Shown in pieces: positions 23,701 through 36,076 of a stretch of 64,000 nt of DNA; the stretch's first letter is position 1, and every line of letters starts with the position of its first letter. The DNA lies in contig OZ218952.1 of assembly GCA_965112735.1 (NCBI GenBank), positions 1,922,001 through 1,986,000 of the forward strand, read 5' to 3'. A program made the position numbers and the translations under genes. This DNA comes from Phaeosaccion multiseriatum (lineage: Eukaryota > Protista > Ochrophyta, other classes). The notes under the pieces are model-generated. The model made no database searches, was not told the DNA's origin, and worked only from the letters and a program-made list of their open reading frames with translations.

Positions 23701-26700
23701 AGGAAGAGATTTTTGAGACAAAGAGACAGAACGAGCCCTGCATACATAAGACTCGTGTTCGAGTCCCCCTCTGCTCTTTGTCTGGTGTTTTCTTAATTTT
23801 TGATCCGCCGCCCCGACAAACCGCCCTCCTCCTCCTCCTCCTCCTCCTCCTCCTCCTCCTCCTCCTCCCTTGCCGTACACATACACATACACACACACAC
23901 CTCCTCTCTTATGCAGACTTCTACTCCGACGCCAAGCTTCACTTCGCCCTCCTCGGAGTCGGCGCGTCCCTCCTCGGCCTATATAGCCTTGTGCCCATTT
24001 TCATCTCTCTGGAGCTGCACCAACGCCTCTCCCTCGTGCCCGCCCACGACAAGGATGGCACCGGATGGGCTCTGGAGCTGCAGATGAAGCGGGCGGTGCA
24101 GGAGTGCGTGGCCCTCGCTAGTGCCACGGCGCTCGTCTGCTGCGGCTTTGGCGTTTATGCGCTGCAATCTACGCTGCAGCGCGGCTTCACCACCGCTGTG
24201 GACAGGTACGTCGGGAGGGTGGGGATGGAGGGTGGGGTGGGGTGGGGTAGGGCGAGGAGGGCAGGGGAGAACAGAGCACACTCGAGTCTGTGAGGAGTAG
24301 ACCCGTAGCGCTCCTATATATATATACATAGCGCTATCACTCTCCAGCTCATGTATGTTTGTTTCAAAGGGAGGGCTGATGTAGAGCAAGGAGGGAAATG
24401 GGAGGGAGGGGAGGGAGAGGAGAAAGGGGGACGAGGAGAGAAGAGGGAGGACGGGTGGACGCTCTTGCTTTTGTCGCGCGCTCCTTCCGTCCTTTGGGTA
24501 GTCCTTTCATTGTTGAATCGCCTCACGCTTCCCTCACCCTTCTCCTGCTTGCCGCACTGGGAGAGCACTTTGATTGGAAGAATGAAACGGGGAAGACCCT
24601 CGTTGCCCGCCTTGAATCTCCCTTTGTCTCACTCCCTCCTTCCTCCTCCTCCTTCCCTTGTCCCTCTGCTGTGCCCCCAGCTACTACATGCTCCTCGCTC
24701 TTGGGACGGTGGTGCTCATCGTCAACGGAGTGGGCCTGTGGGCGAGTACATCGTATGACTCCCGCGTGTTTCAGATGCACCCCATCTTTGTGGGTATCAC
24801 CTTGGCCATGCTCATTCCCTGGGCTATCTATGCCTTCGCCTCCATCGGGAGCGTTGACGACGAGGTGAGTGAGAGAGGCTTCCACTTACACTCGCATTAA
24901 CACAGCTGAGCTTTGAATCTCTTTTGTAACCCGTCCATCTCTCATCCCTCACTGAACGGAGTGAGTCTTACACTCACATCGCTAAGCTTGGAATCCCTCT
25001 TGTGCCCCATCCCATCTCCTGTCCATCTCTCCTCCCTCACTGAACCAAACGATTACAACACACCACCGACATGTTTTTTCTGCTCAGGTGTTTGACCAAA
25101 TGTCGGAGGAGTACCTCGCGGCTGTAGACGCAGGGGATGGAGCGGCAGACAACGAAGAGCTCGACCAAGTCTTGCTGGATATTAACAAGATCCAGACTCG
25201 AATTAAGACGCAACTCATTGTGGTGGGAATCATGGAGCTCGTCACGGCATGCTGTCTCGTGGTGCAGGGTGTGTGTGTGCATTCATTGAAGCAACACACC
25301 GCCGCGTCCGGTCGAAGCGACACACGCGTTCTCTCCTCCAAGGCGGATGAAGCAAGAGGACGAGGCAGTGGAAGCACAGGAGGAGGAGGAGGAGGAGGAG
25401 GAGGAGGAGGAGGAGGAGGAAGGGAAGGGGGAGGCGAAGGAGGAGCAGCAGCAGCAGCAGCAGCAGCAGGAGGAGGAGGAGGAGGAGGCGGAGCAGGCGG
25501 GGGAAGGAAGCGGAGGCTCAAGCGCGCAGAGATGGTCGTACTCGTGTGGGCGCTGCTCGTGGGCATCTCGCTCATCTTCTTTGACGGAAGCTTTGTCATA
25601 TTCTCCGAGTGGGTGAGCTCCAGCCGGCGGCCGTGGGTGGCCGGGCTGTGGTACGATATCGGCAAAGTGGATTCGAGATACCTCACAGGGGACTCTTTTG
25701 TCGTGAGCATGGAGGCCACGCTTGCCCTCTTGGGGGGTCCGCTCATGCTCATCTACGCATGGGCCATTTACACCAGACATTCCATGCGGTGGTCATTGGG
25801 CACAGTGGGGTGCTGCTTACTCATACTCGCTCAGCTGTAAGTGCATGTACAGGGCCGTTGGTGGTACAGGGTAGAGGGCGGGCAGAGTGCAGGGCGAAGT
25901 TCCTTGCTCGCTCTTTATTTACCTGCTGACCTTGCCGCTGAGCTCATTATCTTGAAACTGCGCTGCCCTTTCCTTTCCCTGCAACCTCTCCACCATTCCC
26001 ATACGCACACGCGCACGAAAACACAATGAAGCCTTTATTACGTGACGGAGATGCTAGACAGCTTCAAACACACGCTCAAGCACAGGTGCGTGGGTGCGTG
26101 CGTGCGTGGGAGCGTGTACGACCGAGTGAGGCTACGGGGTGGTAGATAGGGGTGGGATCGCGAAGACTTTTACGTGTATTGCTTATGCTTACATGTGGGG
26201 CAGAGCAATAGCGCTGGGCTTTCCACCTCTCCTGCTACCCCTCCGCTGACTTACAAACTCCCCTACTCTTCCGTCGTTTGTGGTACTGGTAAACTGCTTC
26301 TCTGCTCTGTTTCCTTGCAATCCGCCCCCCCCCCCCCCTTCTCAGCGGCGTGGTGCCCTTTGTGACTGTGTTCGTCTGTCTGGGCCTGATCCGACTGGTG
26401 GTGCCGTGCTTTGTGCTTGCCTATAATCTCAAGCACATGGACAAGCGGGTACACGCCGCCGAAGTAAAGTATTACAAACTACTCAAGGTATGCAAAGGAA
26501 GGAACACCCCCTCAGCCTCCCGACCCGCACCCAAGCCTTTCACAACAGAGGCCATAGTCCATCCAGTCAAGGCAGGGACGGCTTCGGGCGTGGGTGTGGG
26601 GGAGGGGTGGAGGACGGGGGAGAAGGGGGGGGGGGCGGAGAGGACGCTCGTTACGGGACGCGGAGGCGAAGGAGTTGAATGCCATCCAATACATCTTTTA

Positions 26701-26891
26701 ATCACCTTGCTCCTCCTCCTCCTCCTCCTCCTCCCCATCCACTGCCATCACCTTCCCAGGAGCACGAGAAGCTGCATAAGACAGTGACCAAGGAGCGCAG
26801 GCCCCTCTTGACGGACTCTGAGACGGAGTTTCGCGCGAGCCGCCTCCGGAGCAAGCGCCCCCCTAGTGGCAGGTGGGGGTGGAATAAGTGA
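20729..26891 (+). CDS. Sec14/CRAL-TRIO domain fused to an FFAT-like motif, two tetraspanin-like 4-TM blocks and an EBP/EXPERA domain
   Basis: Phase-consistent exons 20729-21224, 21510-21734, 21923-21978, 22350-23685, 23917-24205, 24681-24864, 25088-25836, 26032-26085, 26346-26487, 26760-26891. Motifs: CRAL-TRIO-N LMRYLRGNGWDVDKA; Sec14 GLDRVGRPV, FPERLGSMFIINTP..FLDPRTVAKI..IPVEYGG; EEFFDA; tetraspanin-like NTLF..LGLFGLMATRYRNR; EBP-like WYDIGKVDSRYLTGDSFVVSME. Confidence 0.9.
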
Positions 26892-27594
26892 GGCTGGTGG
26901 GGGTGGAATAAGTGAGGCTGGTGGAGTGGAGTAAGAGCGGAGCGACTACAGCAGAGGGAAGAACGACGCCAAGTCCTGAAACAGTTCAAAGTTGATGTTT
27001 TTAGTTATTAGCGGCGGCAGCATAGCAGCAGCAGCAGTAGCAGTAGCAGCAGCGGTGGCGTTTTTGGTTTTTGCAGGCAGCCAGCTTCTTGGGTTTCTTT
27101 TCTCGAAAGAGTGCCATCTCCCCCCGCCGGATGTCTCGGGGGCATAGCGTGAGTGTGCATGTTCGGGGCCTTTTTGGCTCTTGTCTGCTGCGCCGCTCTA
27201 CTGCATGGCGGCGGGTGTACTGCCCATATGTACGTGCGTGCGTCCTGCTGTCCCGCTGCGGTGCGGTGAGGGCATGAGGTGACTCGGAGGCAGAGGGGGA
27301 CGGAAGAGGGATACGCCGCGACTTCAGAGAGGCTCCGATCTGTTTGATGCTCTCTAGCTACACGAGCGTTCGATGAGCAGCAGCAGTGAATAGGAGCAGC
27401 AGTAGTAGCAGCAGCGGTGCAGAGGAGCAGCAGTAGCAAGTAGTACATGCTCAACACCGCCCAGCCCCCCTCTCGTCGCTCTCTTGCTGAGTCAGGAGGA
27501 TGCAGAGAGAGCAGGGTGGCCTGGCCCTCACAGATCACTTGCTCTACTCGAGCGAGGTCCTTGTGCACAGGACTATGGGATTGTGGCGGGTCGA

Positions 27595-27636
<42 letters not shown>

Positions 27637-28337
27637 ATCCATCACGCGTTGGTACTACAACCAAACTCTGTTTGGCACAGCACGCGTTGGTACTTCATGC
27701 ATTGGATGCGGGGTCTGAGAGAGGGTACGGAGGGACAGAGGAAAGGAGAAAGTTACTGCGCTATCTGGCCGGGGTTGGTTCGTCGACGGAGACTGAGACG
27801 TCGCCGACAGCTGCGCCACTGCCCAGCACGCGTCAATAGCTGATGTCGGCAATAGCGATAGCTCGATAGCGACCCAAGGTTGTAACCCTCCGACTCTTCA
27901 GTCCTCCCCATCGGTATAAAGTTGTTTGGCATCTCTTGTGCCGGGCCCTCTGGAAACAACGCGAGGAGGGTTGAATATGAAGGAGTTGGTTCTCCACCAG
28001 TTTTATGTGATCGATTATTATTATTGGTGAAGGTCTAATGAGCTGCCCTGAGATAATACAGTCCTTTCTCCATCTCTTCAACTCTCCAATCCTTTCTCCG
28101 GTACGGTCTACAATACAAAACGAAGCTGTATTTACACAATCTACAGTCTGAGCCAAGAACCGCTGGTGCGACTAAAAAGCTGTGGTGGTGTGCTAACTGG
28201 GGCAGCTGCGTGTACGGCATCTGTGACTGCGTCCCATGCTGTGGCAGATAGGCACACGGTGGGGGGGGGGGCACGTACATACTCACGCATATAGATACGC
28301 AGACGCGCACGCACAGACGCGCACACACGCTCTCCCC

Positions 28338-29136
28338 TCACTTTTGCTTGGCCGATGCCGCTGCGGCCTTGCTCTCGAAGTGGGCGGCTCTCCTCATGTT
28401 CACATCCTCCATGATCCTCTTGTACAGCTGCGGACGGTATCCCAGCTTGGAGAGGGAGGGGGCAAGAGAGGCAAGAGAGGCAGGCAGAGAGAGAGAGAGA
28501 GAGAGAGAGCAGAAAGAGAGACATGAGAGAGAGCAAGAGAGGGGGGGAGACGAGGGCAGGGCTTCAATTGGAGTACAGGCTTGTTGGTCGGGGGACGGGG
28601 TGGGGCGGTGCGTCGATGTCTCGCCACGCTCTGCCGGCCACTGCTACACCGCCTGAGCTGGAGCGAACTGGCAGAGGGCATAAGAAGCAAAGAGCAGAGG
28701 AAGCAAGGGGAGGGGCCGGTCGCATATTCCTCACACGACTCCTCCAGGGCCGAGGAAGCAAAGAGCAAAGAGGCAAGGCGGACGGCGGCTGCTCCTCCCT
28801 GACATCTCACCATGAAGGCGATCTCCACCAGGACGAAGAGCGGCGCGATGAAGAGAGCCTGCGGGAGGGGAGTGTGTACGTCACAGAGCGATCCATCGAG
28901 CACAGGTTGGACAGACAGCAGATAGGCAGAGAGATAGGCATACAGATAGGCAGGCAGATAGGCAGGCAGAAGGGGGGTTGAGGGAAGGCCGGAGCGATTG
29001 CATTTGTGGAGAGAAAAGACGGAATGGTGGTGTACGGGCAGAGAGAGAGAAAAAGAGAGGGAGAGAGAGTGAGAGGGAGAGAGATAGAGAGAGCAGAGAA
29101 AGAACGAAAGGGAGGGAGGGGGAGAGAGCGAGAGAA

Positions 29137-29184
<48 letters not shown>

Positions 29185-29314
29185 AGAGAGAGAGAGAGAG
29201 ATGGAGAGAGAGAGAGTGAGAGAGAGCAGAGAAAGAACGAAAGGGAGGGAGGGAGGGAGGGAGGGAGGGAGGGAGGGAGGGAGGGAGAGCGAGAGAGAGA
29301 GTGAGAGAGAGAGT

Positions 29315-29362
<48 letters not shown>

Positions 29363-30471
29363 CAGAGACAGAGCCCTCGGCCGTCCACGACAAGAGGAGA
29401 ACAAACAACATCCGCGGCCATACTTCTTGCGCGCTATGCATCCGGGGGGGGGGCGAGGGGAGGGAAGGATGAGTGGTGCCGCACCGGCCTGGGCAATCAT
29501 CGCCTACAGCGTGACTGTGACTGGCCGGAAGGACATCCTGACACCCACCCACGATTGTACCGCAACAAACAAATCACCTGACACCTCTGATCCCCTATGC
29601 ACGTACCCACGCACACGAGTACGTACGATTACGTACCTGCGCGAGACTGTCCAGCAGGGCGGGGGCGCGTTTCTCGTGCACCGCATGGCCCCAGAACTGC
29701 GCCAGCCATCCCCACACGTGCACGGCCGTCGCCAGCTGAGTGGCGGAGAGGCCCCACCAGGCCGCAGGCTCGCTCGACGCGGAGCATGTGGCGTAGAGGT
29801 TGGCGCCTGGGCGTATGTGTGTGTGTGTGTTCGTGCGTAGGTGTACGGAACGAGTTGGAGGGAATTTAGAGAGAGAGGTGTGTGTTTGTGGCGCGATATG
29901 AGCCAAATAAGAAATCATGTCCAGCTCTTGTGGTTGCTTTGCTTGCTTATTTTTCCTTCCTTCTCACCGATGTAACTACAGACAGCCATCAGGGACGCGA
30001 GAGAGCCCACCAGAGGCTCCATAACGGGGTACGCAACTGCCGTGATGACGACCCACGGCAGAAGCCACGTGATTTGCAAAGCTGCAAAGACAAAGAGCAG
30101 AGCGTAGTGAAGAGACGATTTCCGTCATAACGAGAAATTCCAGCTGCAAGGACAGCGTGCTACCTGTCCAACAATACTTCCTGCTGGTGAGGAATAAAGA
30201 GGGCCCGCCCAGTCGTTGCCATTATCAGCGAGAGAAACGAACACAACTCACCTCTTGCGGGCACACAGTCGGGGAGCAGTGCTTCGACGATTTGGGGAGC
30301 GTCAATTGTGGGCAAGAGCAAGGCCGCTAAGGAGAGAGCGCTGATCACTATCGGCCAGATGCAGCAGAGATGGATACCGACATTGACAGGGTTTGAATGA
30401 TACGCTCCGTAGAAGGCGAACTGCTTCTCGAAATCCAAGAAATTCATCAGTGTTTGTTTGGAAGAAGCCAT
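28338..30471 (-). CDS. MPO1: Mpo1-like / DUF962 membrane protein (2-hydroxy fatty acid dioxygenase family)
   Basis: FEKQFAFYGAYHSNPVNVGIHLCCIWPI, then WLAQFWGHAVHEKRAPALLDSLAQ|ALFIAPLFVLVEIAFM|LGYRPQL, over 5 exons, with stop at 28338-28340. Confidence 0.92.
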
Positions 30472-30910
30472 AGCTTAAGGCATTTATCAGCTTGGGGGTG
30501 CAGCAAGCCTTATTACACCCTTAAGTGCCATCTATGCAAGCCCCCCCCCCCCCGAATTCGATTCTCCTACCGTCACAGATGGCGATGATCATGTTTGTTT
30601 TTTCTTTTTTCTCCTCCCTACTGTTTACTGTTTACCCCTCCCTACTACATGTACTCCCCTCCCTCCCCATGACCAAGGGGTACTAATAATGAACCCTTGC
30701 CATGACACTCTCGTCTCACACTCACACACACCCACACGCACTTTCAGTTTCAGTTTCTAAGGTGATTCCTCCTCCCTTCATTTCTTTTTTGACGTGGCGT
30801 CAAGTCCTCCAGTAGACAAGGAAGAAAGTTGCCTCCTCCCCTCTGGCCACCCCAGCCTGCACCCCTTCTGCTGGACAGACGCCCCTCTCTGCTACACAGA
30901 TGCCTTTTGT

Positions 30911-32996
30911 TCAGGCCATTTCCGAAGCCACCTCGAGCATGGTCGCAGAGTCAACATCTCTCTCCTGCGGCGGGACCCCCCTCTGCTTGCCAAAGGTGGG
31001 GTCGGTAGCACGCATCAGATCCAGGGCAGTCTGCGATTCAAAGTGCTCCCTTGCTATGACGAGGACGCGTGTTTCCACACCAGGCAGACGGCGGCGTGCA
31101 CAGGCCAGGCTAATGTCCACCGAGGCTCCGGCTGAGAGCAGCTGCAGAGCGATGTCATGATGGTTAGAGAGGACGGCGTCGAGCAGCGGGGTCCTGCCGG
31201 CCCCGTCCAGGGCATCACATGGAGACCCTGCGTCGAGAAGACGGGCCACCACTGTCCCGTGCGCATGCATAGCGGCAAGATGAAGCGGAGTGAACCCATG
31301 GCACTGCCGACAATCCAGCTCCGCCCCAGCGCGGATAAGACGCCTTACCACTTGATCATGACCTTGTGCGGAGGCCGCATGAAGAGGCGTAAAACCTTGG
31401 TAGTTCGCCGCTTCCACTGCGGCACCAGCCGAGAGAAGCTTGTCCACTACCGCTGTACGGCCCTTGTGTGACGCCACAAAGAGAGGAGTGCGTGCTTCCT
31501 GATTCGCTCGATTGACGCAAGAGCCTGCTGAGATAAGTGTCTCCACCACTTGCAGTTTTCCCTCATGGGACGCGATGTACAGGGGAGTGGCTCCCCGCCT
31601 ATTCACTTGATCGACTCTCGCCCCTGCTGAGAGGAGCTCCTTGATAGCAGACTCGTGGCCATTTTGAGACGCCACGTAAAGGGGGGTGGCTCCATCGTCA
31701 CACGCTTTGTTGACACTCGCCCCTGCTGAGAGGAGCTGCTTTACGACAGACTGGTTGCCATTGCCAGCCGAAAAATAGAGCGGTGTCCATCCTTCCTCGT
31801 TCCCTCCGTCTACGTCTGCGCCTGCCGAAATGAGCCGCCGCACGACTTGATCGTATCCCTTTTCACTCGCGATGTGAAGAGGAGTTTCCCCGTGCTTAGC
31901 TTTCTGCTCAACAGGTGCGTTGGCCGACAGAAGCGCTTCTACTACCGATACATGCCCATTGTAGGCGGAAATGTAGAGCGAAGACATTCCCTCCAGCGCT
32001 TGGTCGATACAAGCTCCGGCAGAGAGGAGCTGCTGCACTACTGCCAGATGCCCCTGCTGAGCAGCCGCATAAAGTGCAAAGAATCCATCCTCAGCATCCA
32101 CCAAATCCACGCGGGCGTTGGCCGAAAGAAGTGCCTCCACGGCTCCAACGTGGCCACCATTACACGCCATAATGAGAGGAGTACATCCCTTCAGACTCCC
32201 GTTGTCAATGCTTGCACCCGCAGAGACGAGCCGCTGTAATGCTTGAGTGTGTCCTCTCTCAGCAGCAGCATAGAGCGGAGTAAATCCATCCTGATCCGCC
32301 TGGTTGACACTTGCGCCAGCTGAGATGAGCATGTCTAGGACCTCTACTCGACCCAGCTCAGCTGCCAATGTCATCGCGGTACATCCGGTCCTATTTATCG
32401 GCTGCTCCAGACCTGCTGTGCCCTTCATGGAGATGATTCTCCTCATTATCGCCTCGACTTCTGCTAAACTCCACCCCTCCCCTATGGCCAACGAGAGCGC
32501 GGTCGTCTGGAGAGCGGGGGTGGAGGAGGGGGAAAGACTTGTGAGCTTTCTCATCGGGCAAGGCTGGGGCACAGAGATTAATGAACGATCAAATGTAAAA
32601 CAAGAGCGCGCCAGCCACTGTGGCCCTGCCATTCCGGGGGATCCCAGGGGTGTCTTCACTGTCTTTCGGGAAGGCGGGCAGAGACGCACGAAACGAACAT
32701 CGCACCTCAACGTCGAATCCCTCTGCCATGGCGAACGAGAGCCCGAACGCCTGGAGAGCGCGGGGGGAGGAGGGGGAAAGATTTGTGAGCTTTCTCATCG
32801 GGCAAGGCTGGGCACAGAGACTATTGAACGATCAAATGTAAAACAAGAGCGCGCCAGCCAGTGTGGCAATCCTACAGTCCCCCCCCCCCCGTTCCTTTGG
32901 GGGGGGGACTGTAGGAATGTCTTCACTGTCTTTCGGGAAGGCGGGCAGAGACGCACGAAACGAACATCGCACCTCAAGGTCGAATCCCTCTGCCAT
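30911..32996 (-). CDS. Ankyrin-repeat protein (about 13 repeats); exons 32996-32973, 32750-32706, 32506-30911
   Basis: Serial G.TPL..A...G...VV..LL.AGA repeats in ORF 30911..32710. The two short 5' exons are inferred from GT donors and CTCAC/polypyrimidine/CAG acceptors. Confidence 0.93.
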
Positions 32997-32998
32997 AA
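32483..32998. repeat. Tandem duplication with a unit of about 245-270 bp, spanning an intron plus flanking exon pieces
   Basis: The blocks ctggagagcg..gagctttctcatcgggcaaggctg..gaacgatcaaatgtaaaacaagagcgcgccagcca..gtcttcactgtctttcgggaaggcgggcagagacgcacgaaacgaacatcgcacctcaa each occur twice. Confidence 0.95.
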
Positions 32999-33299
32999 TG
33001 AAAAGCTCCTCAGTCCACCAATCACCAATGTGGGGGGGGGGGTTAGTAACCCCTTGAAGTGCCATCTATGGTTCAGTTTAAGTCAATAAATCAATCCCCG
33101 GGCCCGGCCCGGCCCGCCCCCCTCTCCTACTCGCTCCTTCGTGCTAGCTTTGAGGGTGGTTACATGCGGCTGTGAAGACCCAACTCGATGGAGTCGTCTG
33201 TTGGAAGCGCTAGCGAGACGAAGGGCAGCCCTGCGTGACCACGCCGCCCAGGAGGGCAGCCGAAAGATGCAGCATTAGTGGAAGGGAACAGGGGGAGCG

Positions 33300-33757
33300 A
33301 TGAGTCACCCAACGCCCTCTCTTCCTTTCCTCAGCGCAGAGGAGGAGGTATGTCTCCAGCCTGGAGGCAGCGGCCGCATCGGAGGCCTGGCCAGCAGCCA
33401 AGACTTGTTCGATCTGCTCCTGGACGATGGGAGCCCGTTTTCACGTGCTTACCACGATTCGTTGGGCAATGGAGCTTGGCGAGAGCAGGCTTGGGAGGAG
33501 GACGAGAGGGCCATGCAATTCGACGGCAAGCTCAGGAAGGTGTCGTTTGTGTCTCCAGTGAGAAGCGGGCCACAGACCGGCAGCAAGGTACGCGATGAGG
33601 GCCGCTGAGTGAGTGCCGACGACGGTTGTCTTGTAGCCATCAACTTCCCTCCCTCTCCCTCTCTCTTTGCCCCCTCCTTCTACCCACATGCACCTTACTC
33701 TCACATGGCACTGCTTCCCCTCCTCCCCTTCATGCATGTCCTGTCTGTGTCTCTCCA

Positions 33758-33809
<52 letters not shown>

Positions 33810-36041
33810 AGGCTGGTGACGGAGGCTCAGCGCTTTTTGAGCCACACGCGCAGTACCGCCGTCCTGGAGGTGCGCAGGACGCTATCGGACCTGCCGTGCA
33901 GGTGCGTTTGAATGTGTGTCTGTGGGCCTCTGCCCCCTTGACTCGCCCTATTTCACACCTCCGCATGCTGCATCACCATCTCTCCTCCTTATCTTCTTAC
34001 TCACTCACACATATACATACACACACAGAGAGAGAGACGGGAAGAAGGCTCATGCTCGCTCTCTCTCTCTCTCTCTCCGCTCACCTCACCCTCTCTGTCT
34101 CTCTCTCCTCTCCCCCCCCCCCCCCCCCCTTTGTCCTTGTTCCTGTCAGTGATCTGTTCGTAGTGGTGGCTCGCACGTCCTTTGTCTTTGACGGCTTCGC
34201 AGCCTCTGCTCGGCTCTATTGCGGTGTGCTCTTCTCCGTTCCCACTGTGGACATTCCTTTCGCAGAAAGGTGTGTATGTGTGTGTGAGAGAGGGAGGCAG
34301 AGAGGGGCAGAGAGAGCGGAACAGAAGGGAAGCAACCGAGAGAGAGAGTAAGAGAGCGAGATAGAGCCAAGATAGAAGGAGAGAGAGGGAGTAAGACAGA
34401 GAGGGAGAGACAGAGAGCCAAGAGAGAAGGAGAGAGGAGGAACGGGCCCGGCGGTTCCGATGCCGAACTACGCGTATCTGTATGTAGCGGCAGTCAGCAG
34501 CTACCACTCAGGAGGAGGCTCTCACTCACGCCACTCCACTCTGAGTGCCACGGCCCAGTGAGCAACACGCTCCGATGCCCGGGGAGGTGGAAGCTCAAGT
34601 GTCAGTGCCAACACCAACGTCCCCTTCGTCCCTCTTGTCGACTCTCCTGCCTCCGTCAAACACCCACCAATCCTCTCCTCCTCCTCCTCCTCCTCCTCCT
34701 CCTCCTCCTCCTCCTCCTCTTCCTCCTCCTCCGCGTCAAACAATGGAATGTATTGCAATGTCGCAGCATCAAGGAGGGCGCAGCGCGGGCCTATCGCCTG
34801 AGCTTCGACAAATGGTGGCAGCTCGGTGACCGTTACATCAAGAAGAACGATAGTTCCTTGTTTGGCGGCATGGGGCTGGGCATGGGGATTGGAGGCATGG
34901 GGGGGCGGAAGAAGAAGACCGACAGCAGCAAGGGACAGGGCAAGGGCAAGGGTAAGGAAGGTGCCCAACAGACGAGCTTCCGAAGTACGGCCCGCCTTAG
35001 GAGACTCAAGAGAGGCGGCGGCGGCAAAGGAGGTGATGATGGGGCGGCTTCGAGCGCGCCCTGCCACCCCTTCTCTGAGCAGTACCTCCCCCTTCCCGAT
35101 GGCATTGAGCGGGTCTTGGAGGTGGGTGGAGGTGGGAGAGAGTGAGCAAAAATACAACAGAGTTCTTACCAGTGGTGGGGCTTTTGTATCGACGGATGAC
35201 AAGGCAAATATGAGGAGAGAGAGGGCAGGGTACGGGAGTGGGGGGTGAAGAAGGCTTTTGTGTTCTGTCGTGGGCTAGAGTGGTGTGGGAAGAGAAAAAG
35301 GAGAGGGACAGACAGACAGACAGACAGACTCGGACGTACTAACCAAGAAGCCTCTCTCTCTCTGAGGCTGCCTCTAAGAGTGCCTTCCAAGCCCCACGCT
35401 GACCCCACAAGCTAACGAGGCTGACCCTCTGACCCATGTAAACTTTGAACACTCAGGGAGAGGACCCTGGCGACTTTGTGCTGGTCGAGAAGGACCCCTC
35501 GTCTGCTTCCTCCCTCGCCCCGAGTCAAGCAGCGGCAGCGGCAGCGGCAGCGGCGGCAGCGGCAAACGCAAAGAGGAGGAGAGAGAGAGGAGAAGGAGCA
35601 GGGGCAGGTGTTGGGGGTGGGGGTGAGGGTGAGGGTGTGGAAGGCGACGCTGACACTGGAACGACGGAGGGGATGGTAGTGGACGGAAGGGCCTTGTTCA
35701 CAGCGGCGTCGCTAGCAGCAGCGGAGGAGCAGTACGTAGACTTCCCCACCGGGCTTCCCTCCGCGGTGTGGGCACGGGTGTTCAACGATAGAGTCGTCAA
35801 GATGTTACGTAAGAGCGAGAGGGGCCAAGATGGCACTGGACAGGGACCGGCGACACAGGCACTTGGCGTGGGGGGGGCTGCTGCTGATGGGGTCATGCTT
35901 CACAACAAGAGCAGCAGTGGCAGCGGCAGGAGCAGGAGCAGCAGCAGTGCCAGCGGCAGCAGGGTGGAGGCAGGGGCGGGGGGAGGGGTATGGGAAGGGC
36001 GGGATGGGCGGCAGCAGGAGCAGGAGCAGGTAGAGGAGGAG

Positions 36042-36076
<35 letters not shown>

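Noticed and set aside
27008-28156. Short ORFs between the Sec14 fusion and Mpo1
   Set aside because: No homology pattern or coherent splice model.
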